Shown here one piece after another: positions 9,501 through 17,264 of a DNA stretch of 26,360 nt. Positions within the stretch are counted from its first letter, which is position 1. Each line of letters begins with the position of its first letter. The DNA is taken from positions 1 to 26,360 of the IMG/VR virus record IMGVR_UViG_3300017778_001757. One strand, written 5' to 3'. This stretch comes from a virus (lineage: Duplodnaviria > Caudoviricetes). A program made the position numbers and the translations under genes. The notes beneath the pieces were generated by a model, which was not told the origin of the DNA, did not search any database, and was given only the letters and a program-made list of their open reading frames with translations.

Positions 9501-9794
9501 TCTTGTAACAAACAATTGGTTAGATTGTTGTAAGTATGACTTGGCAATGTATGCCGCCTCATATTTTGGAATTTGTGTGTTTACAAATTTTACTGGTTCT
9601 GTTCCACCAAAATACGCTTGGAACTCGTCGTAGTTAGTTATAAAAACAGGTTCGAATGCGGGTCCTTTAATTGTTTCCCCGACCAACCCTAAGGTTGTAA
9701 CACCGACACTCTGTGCTACGAACGAAAGGTCCGTTTCAGATGTATATACTCCAGGTGATACAAAAACTTTTTGATTTGCTTGTGCTGTTGCCAT
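6582..9794 (-). CDS. Contractile tail sheath protein, T4 gp18-like (1070 aa)
   Basis: N-terminal FVSPGVYTSETDLS; C-terminal WFASAGYTRG, LYQGRINPIATF, WGNKTL, RLNVRRLL, LFEQND, IYLKPTKALEFI. Confidence 0.95.
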   Translation of the reverse strand: MATAQANQKVFVSPGVYTSETDLSFVAQSVGVTTLGLVGETIKGPAFEPVFITNYDEFQAYFGGTEPVKFVNTQIPKYEAAYIAKSYLQQSNQLFVTRVLGLSGYDAGPSWSIRVTANVDPLTIGIIAPTGGTVFNTTFTGATSGTTIEFVGGALPNDIQVNLYNQYRLSDGSTSTYNDDFNSNLSNIIDTPSLSATTVAFYGSIPSLDYWNLVSQYSNQLNVFGSESNNLDTNDLSSDANDPWYYATFSNDANVNNNYTGYSFYYNVSSLTNNNNGTFTGQITGEVFSFTGTAYTEYNNMVIATLRSRGISLYSNNADLGQHGPVYEVSGLTDVTLVASGEYSGITDSPFEGFLLSGITKDGDNFSFETSLSAASPKYITKVLGVDNFGKTRNEVPLFVEEIYPSSLAYAYNQGYIKGINPELIALEDARSENSQSIAYKVEKYQSPETPFLVSELRGNKVYKLFKFISISDGDAANVEVKVSIANLSFNNMTFDVLVRNFFDTDANPVVIEKFTNCNMDPGSNNFVAKKIGSSNGEYALISKFIMIELADEAPIDAIPCGFYGYTQREYESTANISPVPQFKTKYYFPGEVIYNPPFGTTANATESAGDIVRRSYLGFSSQFGIDESFLTYKGRQNPINWVNSALPIEGQAWNYLSRGFHMDSGATVVTIANSYLSSGQTAFECGVADFRFDPETQENPYYFIYSRKYTLCFAGGFDGWDVYREFRTNQDRFQLGSSGYLAGASASTRYPTATGQGLFKRIVVANNTQDFANTDYYAYLLGILTFGNPEATNINVFATSSIDYVNNSNLVEEAIDMVQYSRADSVYIATTPDYLMYTPDGTNSLDIIYPQEAVDNLDNTGIDSNYTATYYPWILVRDTVNNTQIYLPPTGEVCRNLALTDNIAFPWFASAGYTRGLVNSIKARTKLTQEDRDTLYQGRINPIATFSDVGTVIWGNKTLQVADSALNRLNVRRLLLQARKLISAVAVRLLFEQNDQIVRQQFLDSVNPILDSIRRDRGLYDFRVTVSSTPEDLDRNTLVGKIYLKPTKALEFIDIEFFITPTGASFENI

Positions 9795-9829
9795 TATTTA
9801 ATTAATTCTATTGCAGATTTATTTTATTG

Positions 9830-9836
9830 ATAAATA
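9830..9836 (-). promoter_or_regulatory. TATTTAT motif, candidate phage late promoter
   Basis: AATATTTATC 35 nt upstream of the sheath ATG. Confidence 0.55.
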
Positions 9837-9896
9837 TTCGTTACTAATACAAAAAACTTGACTTTTGAATATGTATTTGTAAACGGTATGAATAAA

Positions 9897-9915
9897 TTCT
9901 ACCTTTTTTCTACCT
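9897..9915 (+). repeat. Direct repeat TTCTACCT x2, candidate RHH operator
   Basis: Copies at 9897-9904 and 9908-9915 (11-bp period) abutting the ATG of the RHH gene. Confidence 0.45.
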
Positions 9916-10077
9916 ATGAAAGCAACTAAAGAAATTAAGAACATCAAAATTGACCCTGAAGTACACGAGATATTAAAAAAGTACTGTGAGAAACGTGGAA
10001 TGAAGATTTACAAATTTTTAGAAAATTTGATAATAGAGAGGTGTAAAGAAAAGAAAGATATCTACGGAGAGAATTAA
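9916..10077 (+). CDS. Small ribbon-helix-helix DNA-binding protein (53 aa; below the ORF-track cutoff)
   Basis: MKATKEIKNIKIDPEVHEILKKYCEKRGMKIYKFLENLIIERCKEKKDIYGEN*: alternating strand KNIKID, helix, G-turn, helix; fills the gap between sheath and gp15-like genes. Confidence 0.75.
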   Translation: MKATKEIKNIKIDPEVHEILKKYCEKRGMKIYKFLENLIIERCKEKKDIYGEN

Positions 10078-11117
10078 ACTAAGATGTTATCAAACTTGAT
10101 GTACGACTCTTGAGTATTGTCAGTTTTAATAACTTCGATTCTTAATTCATCATTCGTGGTAATTTGAATTTTTTGTACATCAGTACCATAATAGTCACCG
10201 TTGATATAGACATCGTATGATTCAACATTATCTGAACTAAGCCAAGTTAAGTTTGCGGTATACGCCACCACATCATTTAAAACATTGTTACCAACAACGT
10301 ATAAAAAATTAGAAAGAAATTCGTCAGGATTTTCAGGAGATTTGTTTCTTCTCTTTTTAAATGTAGAAGTATCAAGTTCCATAACCTGAGCAACTCGAGC
10401 AATTGCAGGTTTAACTTCAAACTCTTCTTCGTCAATTAAATAACCTAACATTGTAAAGTCATAACTTTGAACATAATACTTTCTTGACTCCAAACTCATT
10501 TGAGATTCATCAGAAACATTGTTCATAATAATTGGAACGTATTGACCTTTAATAAACGTATATGCTTGTCTTGATGAGAATTTCTGCATAACCACTTTAT
10601 TCAATTGGTTAAGTTCTCTCATTCTATTACAAATAATTTTAACACTGTAATTAATATCTACAGGAACAGGTTGAGGTATTGTATAGATATCCATACCTTG
10701 TTCATTACCATTCCATGTTGGAACCGAGGCATAGTAAAATTGTTTTCTATTTGGGATTGTATATTGTAATGAAGGATTAGTTCCGAACTTTACTTCAGGA
10801 TTTCTCACTACGGTAATGAATGGTGGTGAAGGGTTATAATCTAAATCAACAAATAACGCAGTTTCTACGTACTGAGTCCAGTTTTGAGTTGTAATAATAA
10901 TATCAACCATAGGTACAACTTTACCTGCAGTTATAACTTCTAAGTCTCCCTTAACAAAATCTAACATCCCCCTATCCAAATCGGCATGTAATACCGACTT
11001 AGGTAAGTAAGTTCCGTCTTCATTAATATATTCCAACAGCTGTTCCCTACGAGCAGACAACGTCTTCTTAGGGACTAATGGTAATGTTGGTTTAACTACG
11101 TTTCTTGGTAATGGCAT
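10074..11117 (-). CDS. Tail terminator / sheath-stabilising protein, gp15-like (347 aa)
   Basis: PQPVPVDINYSVKIICNRMRELNQL resembles the gp15 PVP...Y/F.L.I core; lies between neck and sheath genes. Confidence 0.6.
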   Translation of the reverse strand: MPLPRNVVKPTLPLVPKKTLSARREQLLEYINEDGTYLPKSVLHADLDRGMLDFVKGDLEVITAGKVVPMVDIIITTQNWTQYVETALFVDLDYNPSPPFITVVRNPEVKFGTNPSLQYTIPNRKQFYYASVPTWNGNEQGMDIYTIPQPVPVDINYSVKIICNRMRELNQLNKVVMQKFSSRQAYTFIKGQYVPIIMNNVSDESQMSLESRKYYVQSYDFTMLGYLIDEEEFEVKPAIARVAQVMELDTSTFKKRRNKSPENPDEFLSNFLYVVGNNVLNDVVAYTANLTWLSSDNVESYDVYINGDYYGTDVQKIQITTNDELRIEVIKTDNTQESYIKFDNILV

Positions 11118-11530
11118 TATTCTTTAACTACAAATAGTTTATTTTGTGAATTTATCATATCAACCTCTTTGGCGTTATATACAGGTTCTTCACTATCTTT
11201 ATATATAAACGAATTATGTTTATACGGATTATAAGTTACAATCTTATCAGATGATGGAGATGGAATATCATCACAAGGGTACTCACAATAGTCTAATAAT
11301 CTTCCAATAACAAAGGCGTGTACGTTCTTACTCTTTTGTTGTCGAACCCTTTCGTTCCCACCTTTTCTAACTCTAAACTCGACATCCCCTAATTTAACAT
11401 AGTCAGCGTGTAATATTACTTTACTATCATATGTAACCGAGAAAGTGTGTTTATGTAAATTATAGTACACCATAACTTTCTTACCAATAAAGATAGAATC
11501 AAACTGAGACCCTGTTATGATTACTTTCAT
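11117..11530 (-). CDS. Conserved phage hypothetical protein (137 aa)
   Basis: YYNLHK, KNVHAFVIG and VTYNPYK motifs that I recall from a widespread uncharacterised phage family; stop/start overlaps with both neighbours. Confidence 0.7.
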   Translation of the reverse strand: MKVIITGSQFDSIFIGKKVMVYYNLHKHTFSVTYDSKVILHADYVKLGDVEFRVRKGGNERVRQQKSKNVHAFVIGRLLDYCEYPCDDIPSPSSDKIVTYNPYKHNSFIYKDSEEPVYNAKEVDMINSQNKLFVVKE

Positions 11531-12042
11531 TATATTCCTCTAAATTCGTTTTCACTTACGTATGTTGCAATAATACTTCTATAGAAAGGTTTGTATCCAC
11601 CATAAGTGTGTTTATTATCTGACTTAACATATCCGTCATCAGACACCACATAATATCTTACCCTGTCTTCTGTTTCATAATATCCAATATAATCACCTTG
11701 GAATATCTCAACACTCATATCATCAAGAGTTTTCTGATAAATAGAAAACTTCATATTACCAGGTTCTTGTTGTTCCACTTTAGAATTACCTAATAATTTA
11801 TGTGCAGGTGCCATAACTTGAACTAAACCTTGTAATTCAATAGGTGCCAAGAATTGGATACCATCTTCGGTTACTTCACCATAAACGTCATCAGTTTTGG
11901 TTTTATACCTATCAACACGATACAATACTATGGTGAAGTTCATATCACCTAATAACCACTCCTCACCCATACCGATGTCGAGCGAATAATCCTCAGCTCC
12001 GAAGAACTTACCTAATCTTGTTATTGGGACTAATTTTTGCAT
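11530..12042 (-). CDS. Head closure / neck protein, gp14-like (170 aa)
   Basis: IVLYRVD...DDVYGE...FLAPIEL...GDYIGY pattern of head-closure proteins. Start re-set to ATG 12042 (MQKLVP), just after the TATTTAT motif. Confidence 0.6.
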   Translation of the reverse strand: MQKLVPITRLGKFFGAEDYSLDIGMGEEWLLGDMNFTIVLYRVDRYKTKTDDVYGEVTEDGIQFLAPIELQGLVQVMAPAHKLLGNSKVEQQEPGNMKFSIYQKTLDDMSVEIFQGDYIGYYETEDRVRYYVVSDDGYVKSDNKHTYGGYKPFYRSIIATYVSENEFRGI

Positions 12043-12045
12043 ATA

Positions 12046-12076
12046 TTGATAAATACTCAAACATTAACTATATTTA
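12046..12076 (+). promoter_or_regulatory. Housekeeping-sigma-like promoter for the SET-SNF2 unit
   Basis: TTGATA (12046-12051)-17 nt-TATATT(TA) (12069-12076), 8 nt before ATG 12085. Confidence 0.5.
12049..12055 (-). promoter_or_regulatory. TATTTAT motif, candidate phage late promoter
   Basis: GTATTTATC 6 nt upstream of ATG 12042; overlaps the -35 of the divergent promoter. Confidence 0.5.
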
Positions 12077-12084
12077 AATCAAAT

Positions 12085-12450
12085 ATGAAAATCAGTCCTC
12101 CGTTAAAAATATACATTAAGGATAGCCCTCTACATAACTTAGGGGTTTTTTCTTCACAAAAAATTAAAAAAGGTGAAGTAATAGATATATGTCCTTTCTT
12201 ATCATTTCCCCAAAGTTCAAGGGAAACAATACCTGTTTTTACAAACTATGCATTTTGTTATCCCCGTTCTGAGAATTGGACAACACACGCATTAGTTATG
12301 GGATATGGTTCATATTATAATCATTCCGAGACACCAAGTGTTGATTGGAAGACTAATGAAGAAGACCGAACTTTTATATTCTTTTCCTTAAGAGATATTA
12401 ATAAAGGTGAAGAATTATTCATAAACTACGGTAACGGAAGTATTTTTTAA
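12085..12450 (+). CDS. SET-domain protein-lysine methyltransferase (121 aa)
   Basis: SPLHNLGVFS (motif I), GSYYNHSETPS (NHS), RDINKGEELFINYG (GEELxxxY). No Cys-rich post-SET region. ATG 12085 preferred over TTG 12037. Confidence 0.9.
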   Translation: MKISPPLKIYIKDSPLHNLGVFSSQKIKKGEVIDICPFLSFPQSSRETIPVFTNYAFCYPRSENWTTHALVMGYGSYYNHSETPSVDWKTNEEDRTFIFFSLRDINKGEELFINYGNGSIF

Positions 12451-12452
12451 AA

Positions 12453-14204
12453 ATGGATGCGAGTTTAGAGTCAAAAGCGATGACCTTATTAGAGACTTAT
12501 GATGGTGGGAACAATTATATTATTGAACTCAAAAGAAAGTCACAAATAAATAAAAGGTTTTACCCCACGAGAAGTCAATCAGAGTACATAATAAACAACC
12601 ACGACAAACAACCCAAGGTTGCTAAGAAGTGGGTAATACTTGACGCTTACTTCGCACAGAAACTTGCCGACGATAAACTTATGACTGAAATACCTGAAAA
12701 GGTATGGGTTGAGAAGTTACTTGCCGATAAAGAAAAGGCGTTTCACATTTGGGGTAAAGTAACTGAATCAGAACAATTACATGATTTTTGGTTACCAAAA
12801 GCAGCAATCATTAAAGACAATACCGTAAAGGATGTTGTTATTAATTATGACAAATATTCTCACCGTCCCCCACTTGAACATCAAAAAGAATCCATTCAAA
12901 AATTAGTTGAAAATAAGAAGTTTATTCTTGCCGATGATATGGGTCTTGGAAAAACAACCTCAACAATTATAGCGGCATTAGAATCAGGTTCTAAAAAAGT
13001 ATTAATCATTTGTCCAGCAACTTTAAAAATTAACTGGAAAAGAGAGATTGAAAATTATTCAGACAAACCAGTTTATATCGCTGAAGGTAAGAACTTCAGT
13101 ACGGATGCGGACTTTGTTATTATAAACTACGACATTATTAAAAATTTCCATGATACAAAAAAGAAAGGTGAGTCACAGATTCTTGATGCCAATTTTGATT
13201 TGGTGGTCGTTGACGAGGCACACTATATCAAAAATGCTACAGCCCAAAGAACAAAACTAATTAATGACCTTGTTAAAAAGGTGGACCGACTTTGGTTATT
13301 AACAGGTACTCCAATGACCTCTCGACCTATCGACTACTTCAACCTATTAAGTTTAATTGAATCACCCGTTGCCAAGAATTGGATGGCTTATGCCATCAGA
13401 TACTGTCAAGGTTATCAATTTAATGTTGGTGGAAGAAAGGTGTGGAATGTAATGGGAGCATCGAACCTTGAGGAATTAAGGGACCGTACCGCAGGTCTTA
13501 CATTAAGAAGACTTAAAGAAAACGTACTTGATTTACCTGATAAGATTATCACACCAGTATACCTTAGATTAAAGTCCAAGATGTATGAAGAGATTATGGG
13601 TGAATACTACGATTGGTACGATAAGAACCCCGAGGAGTCCAAATCACTTACAGTTCAATTCACCAAGTTAACAAAGATACGTCAAGTTATTGCCGATGAA
13701 AAAATTTCACAAACAATAGAACTTGCCGAGAACATTGTAGAACAAGGTAAGAAGGTAATCATATTCTGTAACTTCACCGACTCACTTAATAAAATATGTG
13801 AACACTTTGGTAAAGCAGCGGTTAAAGTGGATGGGTCAATGTCCAAACCTGAGAGACAACATAGTGTTGATAGTTTCCAAGATAGTGATAAGATAAAAGT
13901 ATTTGTCGGTAATATTAAAGCGGCGGGTGTTGGTATAACACTAACTGCGGCTGAAGCGGTTATTATGAACGACCTATCATTCTTACCATCAGACCACGCC
14001 CAAGCAGAAGACCGAGCTTACAGATACGGTCAAAAAAACAATGTATTAGTTTATTACCCCATATTCGAGAACACAATCGAAGGAATTATCTACGACATAT
14101 TAAATAATAAAAAACAAGTGATTGCCACAGTAATGGGGGACAATCAAAATACGGCAGACGCTGCCGAGGAAATTCTAAAGAGAATTCAAGAAATGCGTCG
14201 TTAA
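12453..14204 (+). CDS. SNF2-family ATPase, SMARCAL1/HARP-like (583 aa)
   Basis: LADDMGLGKT (Walker A), ICPATLKINW, VVDEAH, LTGTP, GVGITLTAA, QAEDRAYRYGQ. Confidence 0.93.
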   Translation: MDASLESKAMTLLETYDGGNNYIIELKRKSQINKRFYPTRSQSEYIINNHDKQPKVAKKWVILDAYFAQKLADDKLMTEIPEKVWVEKLLADKEKAFHIWGKVTESEQLHDFWLPKAAIIKDNTVKDVVINYDKYSHRPPLEHQKESIQKLVENKKFILADDMGLGKTTSTIIAALESGSKKVLIICPATLKINWKREIENYSDKPVYIAEGKNFSTDADFVIINYDIIKNFHDTKKKGESQILDANFDLVVVDEAHYIKNATAQRTKLINDLVKKVDRLWLLTGTPMTSRPIDYFNLLSLIESPVAKNWMAYAIRYCQGYQFNVGGRKVWNVMGASNLEELRDRTAGLTLRRLKENVLDLPDKIITPVYLRLKSKMYEEIMGEYYDWYDKNPEESKSLTVQFTKLTKIRQVIADEKISQTIELAENIVEQGKKVIIFCNFTDSLNKICEHFGKAAVKVDGSMSKPERQHSVDSFQDSDKIKVFVGNIKAAGVGITLTAAEAVIMNDLSFLPSDHAQAEDRAYRYGQKNNVLVYYPIFENTIEGIIYDILNNKKQVIATVMGDNQNTADAAEEILKRIQEMRR

Positions 14205-14217
14205 ATGAAATCTGGAT

Positions 14218-14224
14218 TATTTAT
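14218..14224 (+). promoter_or_regulatory. TATTTAT motif, candidate phage late promoter
   Basis: TTATTTATA 22 nt upstream of the SOD ATG; overlaps an inverted repeat TGGATTAT (14213-14220) / ATAATCCA (14234-14241). Confidence 0.5.
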
Positions 14225-14246
14225 AACAAATGGATAATCCAAAAAT

Positions 14247-15785
14247 ATGAAAAAAATAGAAAAACAAATTCAACAACTCGAAACACAAATACTTGAGAAC
14301 CATGTCACCAAAGAAAGAGAGTTGTTAATTACAGAAATGAAGAAAATAGGTATAGAAAAATTACCTTATTCTTACTCAGCCCTGAAACAGTTTATTGACC
14401 CAGAGACAATGAACTTTCACTATAACAAACACTACAAAGGGTACGTGGATAAGTTGAATGATGCTTTATCAAAGAAAAAGTATGGTGATTTAGAGTTAGA
14501 ACAAATAATTAAAACGATAAGTCGTTTTGATAAAACAATAAGAAATAACGCAGGTGGTGCATTTAACCACGCATTATTTTGGAATATGTTAACCCCAACA
14601 CCTAAAAAATTAGAAGGGGAATTACTTAAAAAGATTATAAAAGAATTTGGAAGTTTCACCACCTTCAAGAAAGAATTTGATACTGTTGCCAAAGATAGAT
14701 TCGGTTCAGGATGGGTATGGTTAGTACTTACCGCCAAGAACACGTTAAAGATTATGTCGACCCCAAATCAAGATAACCCTTTAATGAACGTAATTGAAGG
14801 TGGTGGGTTTCCAATATTAGGATTAGATTTGTGGGAACATGCATACTATTTGAAATACAGAAACAAAAGAGATGAATACATTGTTAACTTTTGGAAAGTT
14901 GTAAACTGGGAATTTGTTTCTAAGTTATACGAAATGAGAACGGAAACCAAATTATTAGAATCCGTTAAGTTAGAAAAACTTCTAACTGAATCCAAAGAAG
15001 CAAAGTTCTGTGACGCTAAAGAGGTCCAATTCTACAGAGAACTTATTAATAATTCAAAAATCAAAAGAATTTATCAAGACGGAGTAACTGACGCTTTAAA
15101 ACAAGTGTTCAGTCAATTTTGGGTTGATAGTACAAATAAAGAAATGTCAGGGTTCTACGGGTTAGAATCTAAAGAAGGAAGGTCAATCCTTAATAACTTA
15201 AACACAAACTTCAATTCATTCTGTTTATTAACCAAAGCAATCAATACTCAAATTGATAGTGTTGGTCGACCTGAGAAGAAATTCGATTTTTCTAAAAAAG
15301 AAAATAGAACTATTAAAGAGATTGATAGATTAGTAAAAGCTTTGGGTCATTTTAAAACTCAAATATTCACAAAGAATAATGAAGAGTTTATTAACGTCAT
15401 TAAAGTTTTAAAGAAACTATGGGATAGAGGTCAAAAGTCTGAAGACGACGTTTTAGTAAAGATTGAAAAATATTTTGGTGATTCAGCAAAACTTGAAAAG
15501 ACAAGCGGTCACGGACAAAAGACCGACGCATTCAAGGGGGTTGATTTAACCGTTGTATTAGATGGTAAAAAACACACCGCTCAAGTTAAACCATATTCAA
15601 CAATGACAAAAGAAGACGGGAAAATTACCATGAAGGACACAGGTAATGTTAAACCGTATGATGTAGATTGGTTGATATTTATTAATACGAAGTCGAACAA
15701 AGTTTTGATTTTTGAAAACAAACCGATTAAGAATCATAATCAATACGTGTTTAATGAGAGTTCATTGATTCACGAAATAGAATAA
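14247..15785 (+). CDS. sod: Mn/Fe superoxide dismutase fused to a C-terminal PD-(D/E)xK-like domain (512 aa)
   Basis: LPYSYSAL, FHYNKH, GGAFNHALFW, FGSGWVWL, NQDNP, DLWEHAYY: all four metal ligands present, and the GG and QD signatures favour Mn. About 260 extra C-terminal residues with GQKSE...D...GVD...QVK. Confidence 0.9.
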   Translation: MKKIEKQIQQLETQILENHVTKERELLITEMKKIGIEKLPYSYSALKQFIDPETMNFHYNKHYKGYVDKLNDALSKKKYGDLELEQIIKTISRFDKTIRNNAGGAFNHALFWNMLTPTPKKLEGELLKKIIKEFGSFTTFKKEFDTVAKDRFGSGWVWLVLTAKNTLKIMSTPNQDNPLMNVIEGGGFPILGLDLWEHAYYLKYRNKRDEYIVNFWKVVNWEFVSKLYEMRTETKLLESVKLEKLLTESKEAKFCDAKEVQFYRELINNSKIKRIYQDGVTDALKQVFSQFWVDSTNKEMSGFYGLESKEGRSILNNLNTNFNSFCLLTKAINTQIDSVGRPEKKFDFSKKENRTIKEIDRLVKALGHFKTQIFTKNNEEFINVIKVLKKLWDRGQKSEDDVLVKIEKYFGDSAKLEKTSGHGQKTDAFKGVDLTVVLDGKKHTAQVKPYSTMTKEDGKITMKDTGNVKPYDVDWLIFINTKSNKVLIFENKPIKNHNQYVFNESSLIHEIE

Positions 15786-15791
15786 GTAAGA

Positions 15792-15798
15792 TATTTAT
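15792..15798 (+). promoter_or_regulatory. TATTTAT motif, candidate phage late promoter
   Basis: GATATTTATTG 4 nt upstream of ATG 15803. Confidence 0.5.
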
Positions 15799-15802
15799 TG
15801 AC

Positions 15803-16924
15803 ATGGCATTATTACCTGAACCAGAAAGAAGTAGAATATATACGAGAATCAAACATCAATTAGGTGCACCACTAAGAAGTGTTGAACTTGAAGATGAAAT
15901 GATGGACTCATTAATGGAATTGGCGATTGGGGATTACGAAGAGTATATCCTACAATGGTTAATTGATTCACAATGGGTTAACCTTGTCAACTTAAATATG
16001 AACGAAAGGTCTGTTGCAAGAGCTTTGGTTACAAGAACCATGGATTTTGAACAACAGTTTAGTTATTCGTATTCTAAAATTGTTGGTCTTCAAACTGAAG
16101 GTCCTTGGGTCTTGAAGAAAGATTATTTTATTCTTGAGAAGAATGTTCAAACATATGAAATTCCTGCAGGTAGAGAGGTTAACGAACTTTTATGGTTTAG
16201 TGACCGTCCATACAATCTTGGATTAGGTGGTATGGCAGGTCCTTTTGGTGGTGTCGGTCTTGGGGCAAGTGAAGCGGGATTTGCCCAAATGGGAAATCAA
16301 GGTTCTTACTTTATGATGTCAGGATTCGATTACTTAATTAGAGCACAAGAATCAAATATCCTTAATAGGATTTTAGGTGGTTCTTTAACTTATAGAATTA
16401 CAGGTTTACCTGATGGTAAAAAAATGATTCATTTATACAATACTCCAGGTGGTAGATTCAACTGGTCAAGTTACGGACAATATGTTGGTAAGGCGGTTTG
16501 GTATTGGTATTACGATGTTGAACCTGATAGCAGAGCGGATTGTTTAAAAAATAATCCCGATATTATAAAACTACCTACAGATGTTCCTATTGAAGAACTA
16601 ACTTGGACAGACCTGAACGTACCTGGCCAACAGTGGGTAAGAAGATGGTTCACAGCCTATTGCAAAGAAACTTTAGCAAGAGTTAGAGGTAAGTATAGTG
16701 GTAACTTGAAAACTCCTGACTCTGAAATTATCATGGATTATCAATCCTTGTTAACTGAGGCTAAAGATGAAAAATCTAAATTACTTGAGGAACTTACTGG
16801 TGCCGAAGGATGGTTAACAAGAATGAGACCTGAAAAAGTAATGGAGAGAGAAGCATTAATCGCTGAGAACTTAAATAAACAAATGAAGTTCCGAGCAATG
16901 CCTCGTCAAATATATGTAATATAA
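15803..16924 (+). CDS. Neck / head-tail adaptor protein, T4 gp13-like (373 aa)
   Basis: IKHQLGAPLRSVELEDEMMD and WVRRWFTAYCKETLARVRGKY match the gp13 N- and C-terminal patterns. Confidence 0.8.
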   Translation: MALLPEPERSRIYTRIKHQLGAPLRSVELEDEMMDSLMELAIGDYEEYILQWLIDSQWVNLVNLNMNERSVARALVTRTMDFEQQFSYSYSKIVGLQTEGPWVLKKDYFILEKNVQTYEIPAGREVNELLWFSDRPYNLGLGGMAGPFGGVGLGASEAGFAQMGNQGSYFMMSGFDYLIRAQESNILNRILGGSLTYRITGLPDGKKMIHLYNTPGGRFNWSSYGQYVGKAVWYWYYDVEPDSRADCLKNNPDIIKLPTDVPIEELTWTDLNVPGQQWVRRWFTAYCKETLARVRGKYSGNLKTPDSEIIMDYQSLLTEAKDEKSKLLEELTGAEGWLTRMRPEKVMEREALIAENLNKQMKFRAMPRQIYVI

Positions 16925-16928
16925 TTTT

Positions 16929-17264
16929 ATGGCAATAGTAAAAACAATACCCTCAAAAAAAATTATCGGTGGAATGGCAATTGAAACGTCTGAAATTTCA
17001 GTAGTTTCCGAAACAGAATATAGCACCACAGGAGAATCTTGTATAGTAGTAAGAGGAGTTAGTCAATCAATAGTAACTTTAAATTCTAAAACTACAGACC
17101 ACGTTGTTGTAAAATCAATGACAAGACTTACAATCAAACCAGACATCGGTAAAATCGATGAAGACTACGATGAAATAGTCGCTGATAAGTATGCTTGTAT
17201 TGAATTTAGATTTGTTGGTGGTAATTGGTATATCTTATCTTCAGACGGTCTGAAGCAGTCCTAA
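16929..17264 (+). CDS. Small beta-rich putative structural protein (111 aa)
   Basis: Ends in CIEFRFVGGNWYIL, similar to modules of fibre/baseplate proteins; follows the gp13-like gene by 4 nt; overlaps the polB 3' end convergently by 24 nt. Confidence 0.55.
   Translation: MAIVKTIPSKKIIGGMAIETSEISVVSETEYSTTGESCIVVRGVSQSIVTLNSKTTDHVVVKSMTRLTIKPDIGKIDEDYDEIVADKYACIEFRFVGGNWYILSSDGLKQS

Noticed and set aside
2374-9633. Short alternative ORFs inside the tape measure, chaperone, HAD and sheath genes
   Set aside because: They overlap well-supported genes, mostly antisense, and have no motifs or expression signals
1-11117. Bacterial extracellular contractile injection system or tailocin
   Set aside because: gp13/gp14-like neck genes, a PolB and phage-style gene packing indicate a complete tailed phage
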